Assembly (NCBI GenBank): GCA_022813865.1
Contig: JALDZX010000004.1
Coordinates: forward strand, 558,001-622,000
DNA: 64,000 nucleotides
From: Xylographa opegraphella
Lineage: Eukaryota
Direction: 5' to 3'
Below, in pieces: positions 21,923 through 36,601 of the stretch; position 1 is the stretch's first letter; each line of letters starts with the position of its first letter. The notes under the pieces are model-generated. The model was not told the DNA's origin and searched no databases. It saw only the letters and a list, made by a program, of their open reading frames with translations. The position numbers and the translations under genes were made by a program.

Positions 21923-24900
21923 ATTTCGTCTTATTGCTTAGAAGATCGTGATCTATGATTTTGAGAACGCAAAGTGGACTAGGGAAGAGAGTCTGCAACA
22001 AAGATATGGAAGTTATCAGAGCAGGAGAGCAGATCAGCAGAGGAGTGGTAGCAAGACTGCACAGTTGTGTAAGGGTTTAGGAACAACTGAAAGAGAAGGG
22101 CACCGTATTGGGCATAGAAGCTATCACTAGCATAACGTGCAAGGCGCAGCAGGAATTCATATCAAACTAACAAAAGTGTTGAATGGGGAAATTTTGATAA
22201 TTCCGCTATTCACTGGCCCACAGGTCATTCATTTGTATCACTCGTTCACCTTCACGGAAGGCAGCACGCAAGAGGTACACAAACACGATCCCCTTGGAGC
22301 CGGTTGGAGAATTCAATTGATTGCCCTGACCCACTTATGCAGTGATGAGGTGTGACAGGATAGGCACCTTCTGTGTGTCGTTTGCGAGAACGACTAGGAT
22401 ATGGTGATTAGCGATTCTCTCTCGCTTGGCAACCCGAACATAAAATGTTCAGTATCTGTAAATGCTTAAGCATAACAGAAAGCTTCATCGTTCAGACAAG
22501 CAAGCTTAGTGAAGGACTACGGATTCGGTTAGCAACTTGACTTCGTCGGTACAACCAATGAGGTTGACTCATATACACTGTATAAACCATGGTATGCTAC
22601 AACTCAAACGCGTCGCTCTTATATCCATGCTTAGCATGAAATATGTATGAGCACTACGCGGGAGAACACTGGAAATCTCCAAGCATCTCTTCGCAGTATA
22701 GCGCTTCGAATAATTTTGATAAAATCTGGCAGATATCCTGATCTTGCTATCCTGAGAAACGCCATACCTTACCCTGCAGGCGACACGATGACTTCCGACT
22801 GGTTCAACTGCCTACCGAGAGTGATCATGAAACTGTCGCACAAAATGACTGCGGCTTGTACCATCTGTGTAGAAAGCGGATATACGCGATCTCTCCACAC
22901 ATGTTTTTTCGTTGTCGTCCCGATAGCTCGACCAATTCTGTAATGTGTGACTGATGATGAGCGTCACGTTTAGAGTAGCTAATCATGCAATACGGACATT
23001 CCAGTATATGCTGTTTCAATGCCCAAATGCTCGGCAGCGACCGAGGTGGCTCAATGAATTGTGTCAGGGACGAGCACCAATGCATCTTGGAATGGCAGTT
23101 GATCAGACAGGTCCTGATTTGACTGCGCTCAGAAGACGTTGGCAACTCCCAATGGGATATGATGGTGTATAGCGTCGAGGAAAGCGCCGGTTTCTGATTC
23201 ATACGAGCTCTTGGCCTGTGGTTCCAGGGGCTTGTGTATCCTCAACAGAACATTTGATACATCACAAGCATTGCCCAGCGATGGCAAATGAGAAGATTGC
23301 TGGCTACAAAGCAAGAAATATGAGAAGAAATAGAAACGTATTCATGCGGTCAATACTTGGCGGAGAGTAAAATACTTACCGCTACTCTGTGATGACAGGG
23401 GTTTCCAGGCATCTGACTGTTGAAAACAGTGGTGGTCATTTTCGTAAAATCGTACTATGGTGGTACAAAAGCATAAGTTGGATAACCATGATGCTCAACA
23501 ATTTGATATGAACAAATGCCGCACCCTCAGCACCTTGTTGCTTGTGCTCAGGGCTCAGACTGGGGACATTGAGCATCTTAGGGCAAATTGTGCACGTAAT
23601 AGTGTGCTCCCTGGTACAATGGCAGAACCCAGAACTCTGGAACTAGTCTCTTGAAAGAAGACCTTGGCAGAGTTGCGTATAATTCTCGACAGATATCCTT
23701 GCATTTCACTACTCTGTGACATAGAAAAGAGCTTTTGTAGAATTCGAGAACATTTTGAGTTTGTCTAGAAGTAGAGAAAATGGGCCTTTGTCTAGCACAA
23801 GGTACGCAGACTATTAATCCTTAGAAGATACCAGCTTCTCCCCGAGCTCTGTGGTAATTCAAGCACAAGAACCAAGTATGGAGGCGGCAGGCTGTGGCAA
23901 GTCAGCCATTGAGAGGATCGGGCTACGTCTGACATTGTTGTGGAGTTCATGAAACCCTTTCTTGATTGCAATGCGCTATCCCGAAATCGCCTAGTCTTTG
24001 GATATTCAAATCCAGATTATCTACAACTTCCAACAATACTTTCTTCAGGCATAACAAATTTATAACGCCGCTTCCCCAACACCATTACAGACTCTGTGCG
24101 CGAACGTAGAGATAAGCTGACGTGGGGGCCGCAAGCCAGTGGTTTTCCGCCTTCGGACATTCCTCTACAAGAGGTCCTAGCAGTCGCGCCGTTGAGGATC
24201 TTGTGGGCTGTATCTACACTGGCACTACTCTTTCCAGAAAACCATGCTGTATCCCTTGTCTTGGTCATGTTGACTTGCTATTGTGCCTCTGGGTAACTCC
24301 TGGTCATCCACGAATTTGGAACTTTATGCGTTTATGCGGATATGCTGTAAATAGCCCAAAGTGTCAGCGGTGGACTGCCGGGGCGGTCATGGAGGAAATC
24401 AAACCGGTAAATTGTTGTCACACTTCATGAGGATGAAGGACTTCTTCGGTCAATCAGATTAGGCAGGCCAACGGTGGCCTGGTGCAATCGATATAATCTC
24501 TAACACATCGTGTATCAATCTAGTGCAAGCGGTTGTGGTGCCTCTTGCGAACTATGAAATGGCCGTTGTCATCATACAGACCGAAAATTAATGAGAACAG
24601 GCATCGCAATTGCTACTCTCTCCTCCTGGGACGTCTCCCATGCCACCAAGCGCTCCGGCGATTTATATTGGCGAGTCTACTGTATCGTCCTTTACATTAG
24701 CCTCATAATCGAAGCAATTACGACCGAGCCACCTCCTTGCCATTGAGAACTTTTCTTCATGAAAATTGGCGTTATCCGGCGTCTCATTCCAAACAAGTAC
24801 TGCTGACTCAAATGTTTAGCATGTGCAGAAAAAGCGCCACGACGATGGTGATCACTGCGCTAGGCTTGCGACTGCGTCTGGCATTAGGGAAGACTTTTAT

Positions 24901-24991
24901 TCGTGTGTCCTTGCTCCTCTTCATCTGAGCTTGATATGTATATGAGTAGCTCTACGTGTGCGTCCCTTTCGCGTTGCTGCTTGCTCGGATC

Positions 24992-25948
24992 ATGGTTTAC
25001 TTTTCATCTTCGAGTTACCGCGTGTATCTTGTCTACCTCTTCTATGTATGTGACCACTGTTATGGTGCACAATCGCCCGAAGGCATCTTCCTGTACCCTC
25101 AGGATAACACCAAACCAACTTTCAATTATCTGGACACTATCAACGTCACCTGGGAAACCTACTCGGAAGGTATCATCACGCCATGGCTTATGCTCTGGCT
25201 CGGTACCAGTCAAGCCCCAGTCAACCAGACTCCAGGTACATCTGATGACTTCGGCCTTCGAGTACATCTGTAACTGCCCACTAATAGCAGGATTTTCTCT
25301 CCAGTCTACAATAGATCCGTGACCTCGCTCTCATCAGTACTCCTACCACTTAATTACGGCCAACCATTCAACTCGTCCTTCTTCCGCATACAACAGGGCT
25401 CAGCCAGTGATCCTATACTGGCGTACACCAGTACCCCGTTCAACATTCAGAAAAACGAAAAGGCCCTTCCAGTGACCTGGAACCTGGCCTCTTCTGTGGC
25501 ATCGACATCAACAACCTCGGCTACCTCACATAACCCTGCCACCTCTGCAACTCCATTATCAACAATTTCGTATTCGTCAACCACGGCCCACACATCCACC
25601 ACCCCAACTTCTTCCCCGTCTTCCGCACCTGGCTTGATAGAGTCGTCCACCATCGCCGTTGCAGTATGCGCGAGTCTGACCCTCATCGCCCTCACAGCTT
25701 TGTGCGGCATTCTGGTCCGCCACTGCTACCAAGCCAGATGTCGACCACGGCCCCCAACAAAAAAGACCATGCTTGTTGAGCTGACTGGCGATTTCAGACC
25801 GGTAGAGCTCGAAGCCGGGTCGGTGCACTCCCGACGAAACGAACAATTGCCAGAGGTAAGCTGCAGGCCTGATGAGAAGGAAATCAGCATCGAGGTCACG
25901 TCGCCCAGCACGATCGGGCGACACAGTTGGGACTATCAGCGATGCTAG
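24992..25948 (+). CDS. Single-pass Ser/Thr-rich membrane protein (Mid2-like architecture), 2 exons
   Basis: N-terminal signal-like segment, TFNYLDTINVTW, intron about 25236-25290, S/T-rich stalk, TM (IAVAVCASLTLIALTALCGILV) and a cytosolic tail with VEL repeats. Confidence 0.7.
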
Positions 25949-26679
25949 CGGTTCATGATCTTATCGCCGACCCAAGGTGTGGATGACAATCAATTGCACA
26001 AAGTCTCGCTTTGGATGGGGAAGATTTACCGGGACGGGCGGTTCTTATTGAAACGGTACAATATTTTGTGGACAGTGTGAGAGATGCTTTAGGGGATTGA
26101 ACGGACACAGGACGCTACGTTATTTTAGATCCGTATATACCACCCTATGGGGCTATGTCACTTTATAAAAACTTCATCTGAGTGTCACAAAGTGGAGTAG
26201 AAAGACCAGCACAGGCCCGAATGGATGAGATAACTTGGCTATCAGATGCCTTATGTGGAACTTGGGATTGGCAGACAAAGCATTTGATCATACCAAGTCG
26301 GCAGACTGGAGAGTAGCACCCAAGGCAGTGAGCAGGACTCTGTACGAGATGACCCCGATCTAATATTTATCTTACTGCCCGACAAAAGAGATGCCCTGCA
26401 TTCCACATGGAAAAGTCCACCAGACCAAAGCAGCACATGAAGAGCAAACTAAAGATGATCAGGCACCATGAAGCTAGACTACCCTGTGCATGGTGATATT
26501 GACATCCATATCGTAGACTAAGGGACACAACCCCAGTCGCTCCTACGCCACATGCAAGACCATGAGAGGCAGTACTTCGATTGAATGAAAAGGAGAGAAA
26601 ATTGAAGAGGGCGGGAGGGATGACATTTGAGATCGGGGCAAGAAAACTTGTGCGCTTTAGACAGTACGTCAGGTTGCCA

Positions 26680-27474
<795 letters not shown>

Positions 27475-28270
27475 CTAGCCCACTGCTGATTTTCAATTAG
27501 CGCCAGATCGTATGACAATGATGATCCAAGTTTCGATGCTGAATATGCTCGATAGGAGTCACTCAAGCCTGGACCCGATAACATGTACTATTCCCAACAA
27601 AACACTAGACCATGGAGCCATAAACACTAGATAATCTTACCTGTATTATGTTGTCGAGTTCAGAGCTGATGTCTTGGTAGGATGAGGAAGCAAATGTCGT
27701 CGTCAAGTACGGCGGCCAGTCAGTGGGCGATCATAAGAGGACACCGTCCTAGGGAAATTTTAGTCGGATCTATCGGAGCACGTGACGAGTAAGCGAACGC
27801 CTTCCTCGGTGTCCTGTTGGATGAAATACACTGATGGTCGATGCTCCAAAGTGGCATATGGGATTGGAACGAGTGGAAAATACGGCTACAAGATAAATAA
27901 AGTGCAAGACGAGGCTGCCCTTTATACTATTACAGCTTCACAGTCTGCAAAGACCACGTAGATCTTTGTCCAAGGCTACAATCTTTTAGCAGACCTAGCG
28001 CTTGATTAACTAGGAGCCTTTACTTGAAAGCAACATGTGTTCATTTCTTTCCGACATTTAGGCTGCGTTGATAAAACCCTTGTGATATGCTGCAAAAGTG
28101 GCGAAATCATAATGACCGCAAAGTATACAAGACAGACAGACTGTCTGCTGCCCAAGCAGCCCCAAATTGCTCCAATGTATGCCAAAATGTTACATGCCAG
28201 ACTCAGATTTGGAGACGATTATCGACTACTCATATATGGATATAATTGGAATGTGATCCCCACAATATAC

Positions 28271-30390
28271 TTATGCCGTGACTTTTGTCTTCGGTTGTGG
28301 TGCCGATTTCGAGCGGAAGAAGTCCTTGGATTTGTTGAAGAAGACCCTGGATAACGACTGATAGATAGGTTTTGATTCCTGCGTGCCACTTAATCTCCCG
28401 AAGACCACGAGGAAACAGAAGGACAGTGTGATGATTACTGCGAAGCATGTCCAGTATGTCACAGAGGTATATACGCCCACAAGATCCTCGATTTGGATAG
28501 AAAAGTATCCAGTCATCAAACTTACAGGCAAGAAGAGAATGGTGACCTTGGCTAGGAGGATCGTGATACGCGTGAGACTTTCAACAGCCGAGGACTCTTT
28601 GATTGCAATGAGATTGAAGTTCTGTAGCACAGATTAGTGTACGGCACATGTGTTGCGTAGTGGGATCCTACTAGGAGAACCAAAGCATCCTTTTCGTCAA
28701 TGCAATCCTGGATCTCATTAAGACAATATAGTCCAATTCTGTCTTTCAGTCGTTCAAAACGTACACGTGCCATGGTCGAGATCGGAACACCAATCGAGGT
28801 TGACATTGTGGTTTCACTGGCTTCTGTCGACTCAACTTCTTGCTGCATCCGAGCAGCATTGTCTGACGCGTTGGATCTAGTGTTCTCGATCTGTTTAGAA
28901 CCATCTAGAACTCGCTCAATAATGTTCGAGTAGCTTTGGTAGATTCGCTTCAAGACGGCTAATTGGCGTCCGTAATGGTGAAGATCGTCGACATGCTGAA
29001 GGTCTGCTGTAGTAAACATTCTGGCTCTCTGAGCTTTATCAGCACGAAGTATGTTGACTTTGACAGTTGAGATGACTCACAAGAAGCTCCAACTGTGTTC
29101 CATATTGATGTTCTTTTCTCGCTACCAAGCTATAGCTTGTGTACCAGTCATCAAACAAATAGTAAAACAAAAGACTCGGTATATCGGCTTGGGATGCATG
29201 AGGTTGACCATCAAGTCCATCAATCTTTGGTGAAGTGGCTCGTATTGGTAAAGTCTCAAGGGGGTTTTGTAAATTATGTTCGTTAGCACTCGATATTTGG
29301 CAAAACACATTTCGCAGATTCCGTCGTATAATATCAAGGTTTTTTTGCTCATCATGATCAAGATGTGCATCGTGATTTGGGTATGCATTCTCGTGGATTG
29401 ATATGACAGTTCCTGGAGTTAGGTTAATATTGATAACGTTGACTGGTCGATCAAATAAATATACCATCATCGCACAGAACAAGCCACATCCATACTCTCT
29501 TGCCTGCAGGCCGGTTCTGGTTCCTTGGGGTAGATCCAGAATCAGTCTTGAGAGTGGCTGCCGTATTATACAGGGAGTTGTAGCCGATGCACAGATCTAT
29601 GCTTATCAACCATGATATTCAGCCATGACAATATCAGGTATATCATACATTTGCTACCCCAATCGACTGACGCATAATGCCAGACCTCATTCACAATTGT
29701 ATAGTGATTGAGATCTATAGCTTCGCTTTGTGTCGAGGGGTCGTCAATTCTCTCATGATCTCGCTCGATGTCAATGCTCTTCTCCTGAATAACCTTCTCC
29801 AGATTTGAGCGAGTTTTCGGTGTGTGCCAGAAATCGAGCCGACGATAATGGGCCGTCGTCGGAACAAGCTGAGGTGTAAGGGGTTTACACTTCATTAGAC
29901 CAAGAAGGCGTGGAGAAAACCCATAGTGTGTGGCGATGGCCTGTATAGGTGTTAGCCGATTTGGCACATCCGATTCAGTATTCGAACAACTGACCACTAG
30001 CGACTCTTGCTGCGTCTCCGGGCTCCAGATGTTTCTGAAGTACGAATGTCAGTGTCTTGCCAATGGACTTGTCGAGCAAAACATTACATCCATCTCGTTG
30101 ACGATTTTCTGGTACGCTGAACTTGACATCAGTGGCTTTCCATATTAGGTCCTAGAATATGGGCTCCATTTTCGTACTTTAGATGAACATATTTCTCTTA
30201 TACCCTCTGCATCTACATTCAAGGCACACTGAGCAGACACATTTTCGAATTCCAAAACAAAGTTATTGGTATCTTTTGAAAGAACAGCAGCTTCACACTT
30301 TTCGAAGACAGCTTTCGAGTCGAAGTCTTCGAATATGCCAGAGACCTTCCTTCTTGGAAGCAGTGTAGGCGTAGATGCGGCCAGAGACAT
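28271..30390 (-). CDS. CorA-like Mg2+ transporter-domain protein (multi-exon)
   Basis: Spliced ORFs NFVLEF..., INIWSPETQ, AIATHYGFSPRLLGLM, EVWHYASVDWG, SLLFYYLFDDW, ARVRFERLKDRI, ITILLAKVTILFLPVSLMTGYFSIQI plus a second TM helix. Confidence 0.85.
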
Positions 30391-30917
30391 GATAGCGAGT
30401 TGGGAGCTGAAATCGAGCTTGCACTGGGGACTTCAACCACAGGAGCACAGGATTGGAGGGCGGAGAACTAGGTAATTCATAATTATCTCCAAGGGGAAGC
30501 ATCCTTTATACAGAGAAGAGCTGGACGTGATGGCGGTAGGTCCTCTGAAGGTATCACAAGGCTATTGATAGGTCATATGCATGGGCTGCCAAGCGCGATC
30601 GATGGCGCTTCGCAGTGTTTCAGCCGAACTCAGCCCATTCAAGGAGTGGCTGAGACATGCCGACACAGACACAATTCCGAACCATTATTTGTGCAGCGAG
30701 ACGGCATATTCTGCGTGTATGTGTTCTGATCGAAAAATACAGTAAGTTACTTGGGTCTATGTGACTCCAGCGGGCACTAGCCATACTTCAGGAAGTGCTC
30801 CGTGGGATATAATAGCTAGCGACCTCCCTCTTCAGGTCTTACCACTGGAGTTGCCCCCTGCCCTCTCAAAAGTTTGAGTCTGTCTGGCACTTTTACCTGG
30901 AGTTTGCATTTGCCATA

Positions 30918-31619
30918 ATGACTCAGGATTTTTCACTTAGAATCCTTCCAGTCCACTGGGATGACAAAGATCAGCTAGGAAAAACCGCGAACGCCCTCCG
31001 CAGCGTCAGACTTGACGCGCTGCAGTTGGCGCTTGACGCCTACGCATCAACATATGAGAAGGAGGTGGAATTTCCAAAGGACTTATGGCTGCAAAGACTA
31101 CAAAATCCTCAGGCCAGACATTTGGTTGCTGTTCTCAAGCAGAAGGATGACGGAAAAGCAGGCAATCAAGTATATGGAACTGAGCCGCTTGGAAAGTGGA
31201 TTGGTCTTATAGTTGTGATGGAGAAGCCCAGTCCTGTGAGAGCAAATGCATCCACATCACCTTGGACTTACAACGCTTCGCAGAAGACAACGACCAAGGC
31301 GATGGAAGAGATGGAATCCACGCAAGTACCGACAGATGTTGTCTACCAACTAAATGGTTTGTTCGTTCATCCATCGGTGCGAGGAGGTGGCCTGGGGAGA
31401 GCCCTCATCCAAGAATCTTACACCTATGTGAGGACTAGCATTATTAGGCAAGGATTACTGTCTGCCAGAGTAGACGTCTTGGTAGACTCGTGGAATACTA
31501 GCGCAAGAAATCTGTACCTGAGCTGCGGTTTTGAATTCGTGAGCCAGGACAGCTACGATGTAGGAGGATCTCCGCGCATAGCCTTAAGCCTTTCTGTTAC
31601 TATCCATGCGACCCAGTAA
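30918..31619 (+). CDS. GNAT-family acetyltransferase
   Basis: 233-aa intronless ORF with RLDALQ..DAYASTYEKE, acetyl-CoA motif LFVHPSVRGGGLGRALI and N.SARNLYLSCGF. Confidence 0.9.
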   Translation: MTQDFSLRILPVHWDDKDQLGKTANALRSVRLDALQLALDAYASTYEKEVEFPKDLWLQRLQNPQARHLVAVLKQKDDGKAGNQVYGTEPLGKWIGLIVVMEKPSPVRANASTSPWTYNASQKTTTKAMEEMESTQVPTDVVYQLNGLFVHPSVRGGGLGRALIQESYTYVRTSIIRQGLLSARVDVLVDSWNTSARNLYLSCGFEFVSQDSYDVGGSPRIALSLSVTIHATQ

Positions 31620-31893
31620 ATAGCGATCGTGATCATTCCAAGTTCACAAAACGGGACAGGTTTTGGACCTCCTGTATTTTTTAGAGTACAGCATAAATCA
31701 CATCTCTGATCGTGAACGAGTAAGGATATTGGCCGAGGTGGCAGGAGATAGCCCGCTTTGGGGCTAGCTTTTTTAGCCGGCTCGCCAAGCTCGCCACACA
31801 TTTCATGATTGCTTGAGAGCCCTTTGACCTTGACACGAACGCGCAAATCCTCACCAAAAGAACTAAACATTCTTCTGGAAGACTGAAGTCATC

Positions 31894-32713
31894 ATGTCCA
31901 AAATCTCAGTCGGTCAGTTTTCGGTTTTCCAAGCTCTGGCAATGTGGACTGACTCTACTGCTCTAAAGCCGGAGTGCGCACGAATGTGCAATCGTTGCTC
32001 GAGTTCTCGACCAACGAGAAGAAGCGTAACTTCCTCGAGACCGTCGAGTTGCAAATTGGGCTCAAGAACTATGATCCGCAGCGTGACAAGCGTTTCTCTG
32101 GAACAGTCAAGCTTCCTCGTGTACCTCGACCTGGCATGAGTATATGGTATGCGGGGCATGGGGGCCGTAGGACGATACAGGCTAACATTTCTACCATGAC
32201 AGTGTTCTCGGTGACCAGCATGACATCGATCGAGCCAAGCATCACGGCGTTGATGCTATGTCTGCTGACGATCTAAAGAAATTGAATAAGAACAAGAAGC
32301 TCATTAAAAAGCTTGCTCGAAAGTACGACGCCTTCGTATCATCGGATACCCTTATCAAGCAGATCCCCCGTCTTTTGGGCCCCGGTCTATCGAAGGGTAT
32401 AGCCTCTGAAAGCATCATTCTTCGTATATCAGGCATCTGACATTTTCTAGCTGGGAAATTTCCTACCCCCATTTCCCACAATGAAGATCTTGCTGCCAAG
32501 ATCACTGAAGTCAAGTCAACGATCAAATTCCAATTGAAGAAGGTTCTTTGCCTGGGGGTTGCAGTGGGAAATGTCGGAATGACGGAAGATGAGCTGATCT
32601 CGAACATAATGTTGTCCATCAACTATCTTGTGAGCTTGTTGAAGAAGGGATGGCAGAACGTGGGCAGCTTGACTATAAAGGCATCTATGTCACCACCTAA
32701 ACGCCTCTATTAG
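31894..32713 (+). CDS. RPL1: 60S ribosomal protein L1 / L10a (uL1), 4 exons
   Basis: MSKISV|AGVR...[28 protein letters not shown]...[20 protein letters not shown]...[26 protein letters not shown]. Confidence 0.98.
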
Positions 32714-33947
32714 TATATCGTTTAGAGTACTTGGTCTCCCATCATAAAGAGCTTTTACATATCAGCGTCTAGAGGATTAATAACAACTTCTCTTCACTCG
32801 GACATGTGTATAACAATTGCGAGATGCACCACCATCATTTTTATCGTGCTCAGTCATGGTCGAAACCACTCAGGGTAAGTAGGTGCAACAAGGTAACAAG
32901 TAACTTGTAAAAGTCTCTTATGGCTATCTAAGTTGATGACGTGTAAAATACTTTACAACACCAAATATGGCAGTCTCAGCTGCAAAAAGCCAGACCAGTG
33001 ATAGACTGACTGCAAACCAAAGCACCGGCTGGAGTCCTGCATAACAAACAAGGTAACAAAGAACATCTGTAGCGTTCATCCCACAACTCCGCCCCACGAG
33101 AATCAGGAACACGTAGTTGATTAGGAAGAAACGAAAGCCAAAGTTTCTCAAGGGAGCCGGGAACGGAAGGAAACCCACATGAGAGCTCGCGAAGAGCTCA
33201 TCAGAATGACCCTCAGCAAGCCGCCATAGCGGAGCTCCCATTAGTAAAAGGTAATTTTACTACTGATGATGAAGAAGAGAAGAGGAGCTTGAGGTTCGAC
33301 GCAAATTTGTTAGAATTTCCTTAGCGCGACATCTGTAGCCCAATCTGTTTTAGGACTAGAGTCATGTGGGGCATCGTTTAGAGAGTGGTACTCGAGGAGT
33401 CCAGCACTTGGCCTGCGAGGATTCCAGAGAATTGACACCCACGGCCTGCGTTTACGGAGGACTCTTCACCTCCATCTTTGATATTTGTCGTTCCGTCTAC
33501 GCTCTAAGGTTTGTATTGCATCCGATGTGTGCAACGATTGTATGAGCAGCGCAGCTTCCACTATGGGTTTGCGCACGTGTGAAGCTTCACGTCATGTGAT
33601 TGGTCGCGTGAGTATTCCGTATCATCGTCCGGACGCCCCCATTCCATCAGCTGCCAAAGCTGAAAGAAGGGTGGTGTCCGTCGAACCTGCGGTGAACATT
33701 CCCATCGTCATTGGTATCTCAGAAGCTATAAGAAGTCAATAAGCGTTCTTATTGATCCATTACCTCGTCCTCATCATTCGGAAGTATTTCCGTAAATACT
33801 TTCTGGCGACGAGGGTGATGCCTGTCCGTTCCTGAAACCTGCGTCTCTCCGCATTCCGCTAAAGCGGCCGTGCAAACAATACAGTCTTCAATTCTCTTTG
33901 ACATTGCAATGGACTGGCGTTCGCGTCAATTGTAAAGCTATCTAGGG

Positions 33948-36102
33948 ATGCACCTGCTCATCTGGACTCTTCTTATAGGAGTCCTTTCTTCGAGCAGGGC
34001 AGCACCAGCCACGCAGAAGCTTTTGTATGGTACTGGTCACAAGGATGGTCTGGAACACAATCTGGCCGAGGGATCTAGCGGTCGACCACTACGGGGCAGG
34101 TTCCTTCACATTTCTGGTATCAGTTCTTGTTGACCGGTGAGATGCATTGATTTAATTCTTCCTAGACCTTCATCCAGACCCCTTCTACAAGTATCACTCC
34201 TCCTCGAGACAGGAAGACGCTTGTCACCGAGGTGAAGGACCGGCAGGCATGTTGGGTGCAGAAACCACGGACTGCGATTCTCCAATCTCCCTTATCAATG
34301 CTACCTTCAAGTGGATAGATGATAACCTCAAGGACAAGATCGACTTTGTGATTTGGACGGGAGATTCCGCTCGTCATGATAACGATGAGCAAATACCACG
34401 GACGGTCGAGCAAGTTACAAGCCTAAATCGAATGTTGGTTAACAAATTTGTGGAAGTCTTTGGGAAGGAGGAGAACATCAACGACACAGATCCTACAAAT
34501 GATTTTATCATACCAATAATACCTACGTGGGGAAACAACGATATACTACCGCATAATATACTAGCGAAAGGGCCCAATCCATGGACAAAAACGTACCTGG
34601 ATATCTGGAGAAAGTTTATACCCGAAGAGCAGAGACATAGCTTCGAAAGAGGCGGATGGTTCTATGTTGAGGTCATCCCGAATAAGCTGGCAGTCCTAAG
34701 TCTCAATACGCTATACTTCTTCGATTCCAATGCGGCGGTGGACGGATGTGCCGACCCATTTGAGCCTGGGTACCAGCATCTTGAGTGGCTCCGAATCCAG
34801 CTTCAATTCCTTAGGCAAAGAGGGATGAAAGCAATCTTGATGGGACATGTACCGCCTGCCCGGACTGAGAGCAAGATGAGCTGGGACGAGACCTGCTGGC
34901 AGCGGTACACTCTTTGGGTTCACCAGTTTCGTGATGTTGTGGTAGGGTCTGTTTACGGTCATATGAACATCGACCACTTCATGCTCCAAGATTCGCACGA
35001 TCTGGATCTCCTGAGCATCCTGGGGACCAATCAGCCCAGGGAAGGGATAAATATAGGCGATGAAATGAATGCACAATCCGCGGCCAGCTATTTGACGGAG
35101 TTGCGCTCAGAATGGTCGCACCTACCCAGGCTACCAAAAGCGAACTTGAGGAAAGAGAACAAGAGAAAGCAGGGAAACGAGCATGCCAAGGAAGAAAAAT
35201 TACTCAAGAACATCGGAGGTCCATGGGGTGAGCGGTATAGCCTTTCCTTGGTCTCGCCCAGTGTAATTCCGAACTATTTCCCCTCTCTGCGAGTCATCGA
35301 GTACAACATCACCAATGCAGAATCTCATTCTCAGACGTCCACCACCTCGAAAGCTATCGTTGACGGCCGTCAGAGGACTATGCTCGAGTTTTGCCGGGCG
35401 ACGGACGGCGAAGAACAGAATGAGAATCTGGGAATGGCCAATCTCTGTAACCATGCGATGGACGGCAGCTTTGACAACAAAGCGAAGAAACCGAAGTTCA
35501 AGATACCAAGTGGACCTTCGAAGTCGTCTCCACCAGGACCTGCATATTCTCCGCAGACTTTTTCATGGCTTGGATACACCCAGTACTACGCCAACCTTAC
35601 TGAAATCAATGATGACTTTACAAATGGCATGGTAACGAGAGTTATGAATGAAGGTGTCGTAGGTAGTGGTTGGAAAGAGGGTAAGCATCACGGAAAGCAT
35701 CCGAAGAAGAAGTCAAAACCTTCTCCGCGGGACTTTAAATTTGAGATTGAGTACGATACCAGAGATGATAACATCTTTGGTCTAAAAGATCTGACAGTGA
35801 AGAGTTACGTGACATTGGCCGGGCGCATTGGCCGGTACAAGCCAGGGAAGGGGGATCGTGTCTCGGCACAGACTGTGAACGAGAGGCCAAACGCACAAGC
35901 ACCAGAGTGTCATGATATATCGCAGTCGGGTAAGAAGCACAAGAAAAAGAAGAAACATAGAAAACACCGGAAGCACGAGAAACGGAAGGCTATCAACCGA
36001 GTATGGTTCACATTTGTCGCACGTGCATTTGTTGGCAGTCGAGATGACAATGACCTCCACGATGAGTTTGGTCAGCCAGTAGAGTTTCTTCAAGACAGCT
36101 AG
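33948..36102 (+). CDS. PPN1: Vacuolar endopolyphosphatase (metallophosphoesterase), 2 exons
   Basis: LRGRFLHIS|DLHPDPFY, DFVIWTGDSARHD, WGNNDI, MGHVPP, YGHMNIDHF and SPSVIPNYFPSLRV. Confidence 0.93.
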
Positions 36103-36601
36103 AGTTAGATTTAATTCGCGATCAATTCAATCCGTTATGCAGATGCATTTGTCCATGACCCACGGCATGATTCCGATTCCGCCTTGCCAGTTCGAATGAT
36201 CACGAGCAACAACCGCTGCTCAGCGACAATCAACATCATTGCCCCTCTTTACGTGTCATGAGAGAGGTAAGCAAGTTTGAAGGGGGTCTTGTTTGATACC
36301 TACTGTTCGGGACCAGTGCTACTCACGGTCGATCAAAGCTAGTCTGCCTACCTGAGGTATTATAGTACCTTTGTAGAAAGCTCGGACTCTATGCCAAGCC
36401 AAGGACGGTGACCTCATTGGAGCTCATTTTAATGCCTGCCTACCGAGCCTACTTGAACTGTAACCATCAACAACCTACTTCGCGGCTAGCTCTGTTCTAC
36501 AACTACAACTTCGTGGGTACGTGATAAGGTCATCGACTTGGCCTCTCTACATAGCCAACTACGGTAGCCTTCGGTTCGGTGCACGCATTGCAGTATCGGC
36601 C

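Noticed and set aside
30508..30519. ATACAGAGAAGA match to the U6 snRNA ACAGAGA box
   Set aside because: Flanks do not continue the U6 sequence; a chance 12-mer.
33175..33210. CTGATGA followed by a hairpin, resembling a hammerhead ribozyme core
   Set aside because: No GAAA after stem II and no matching stems I/III.
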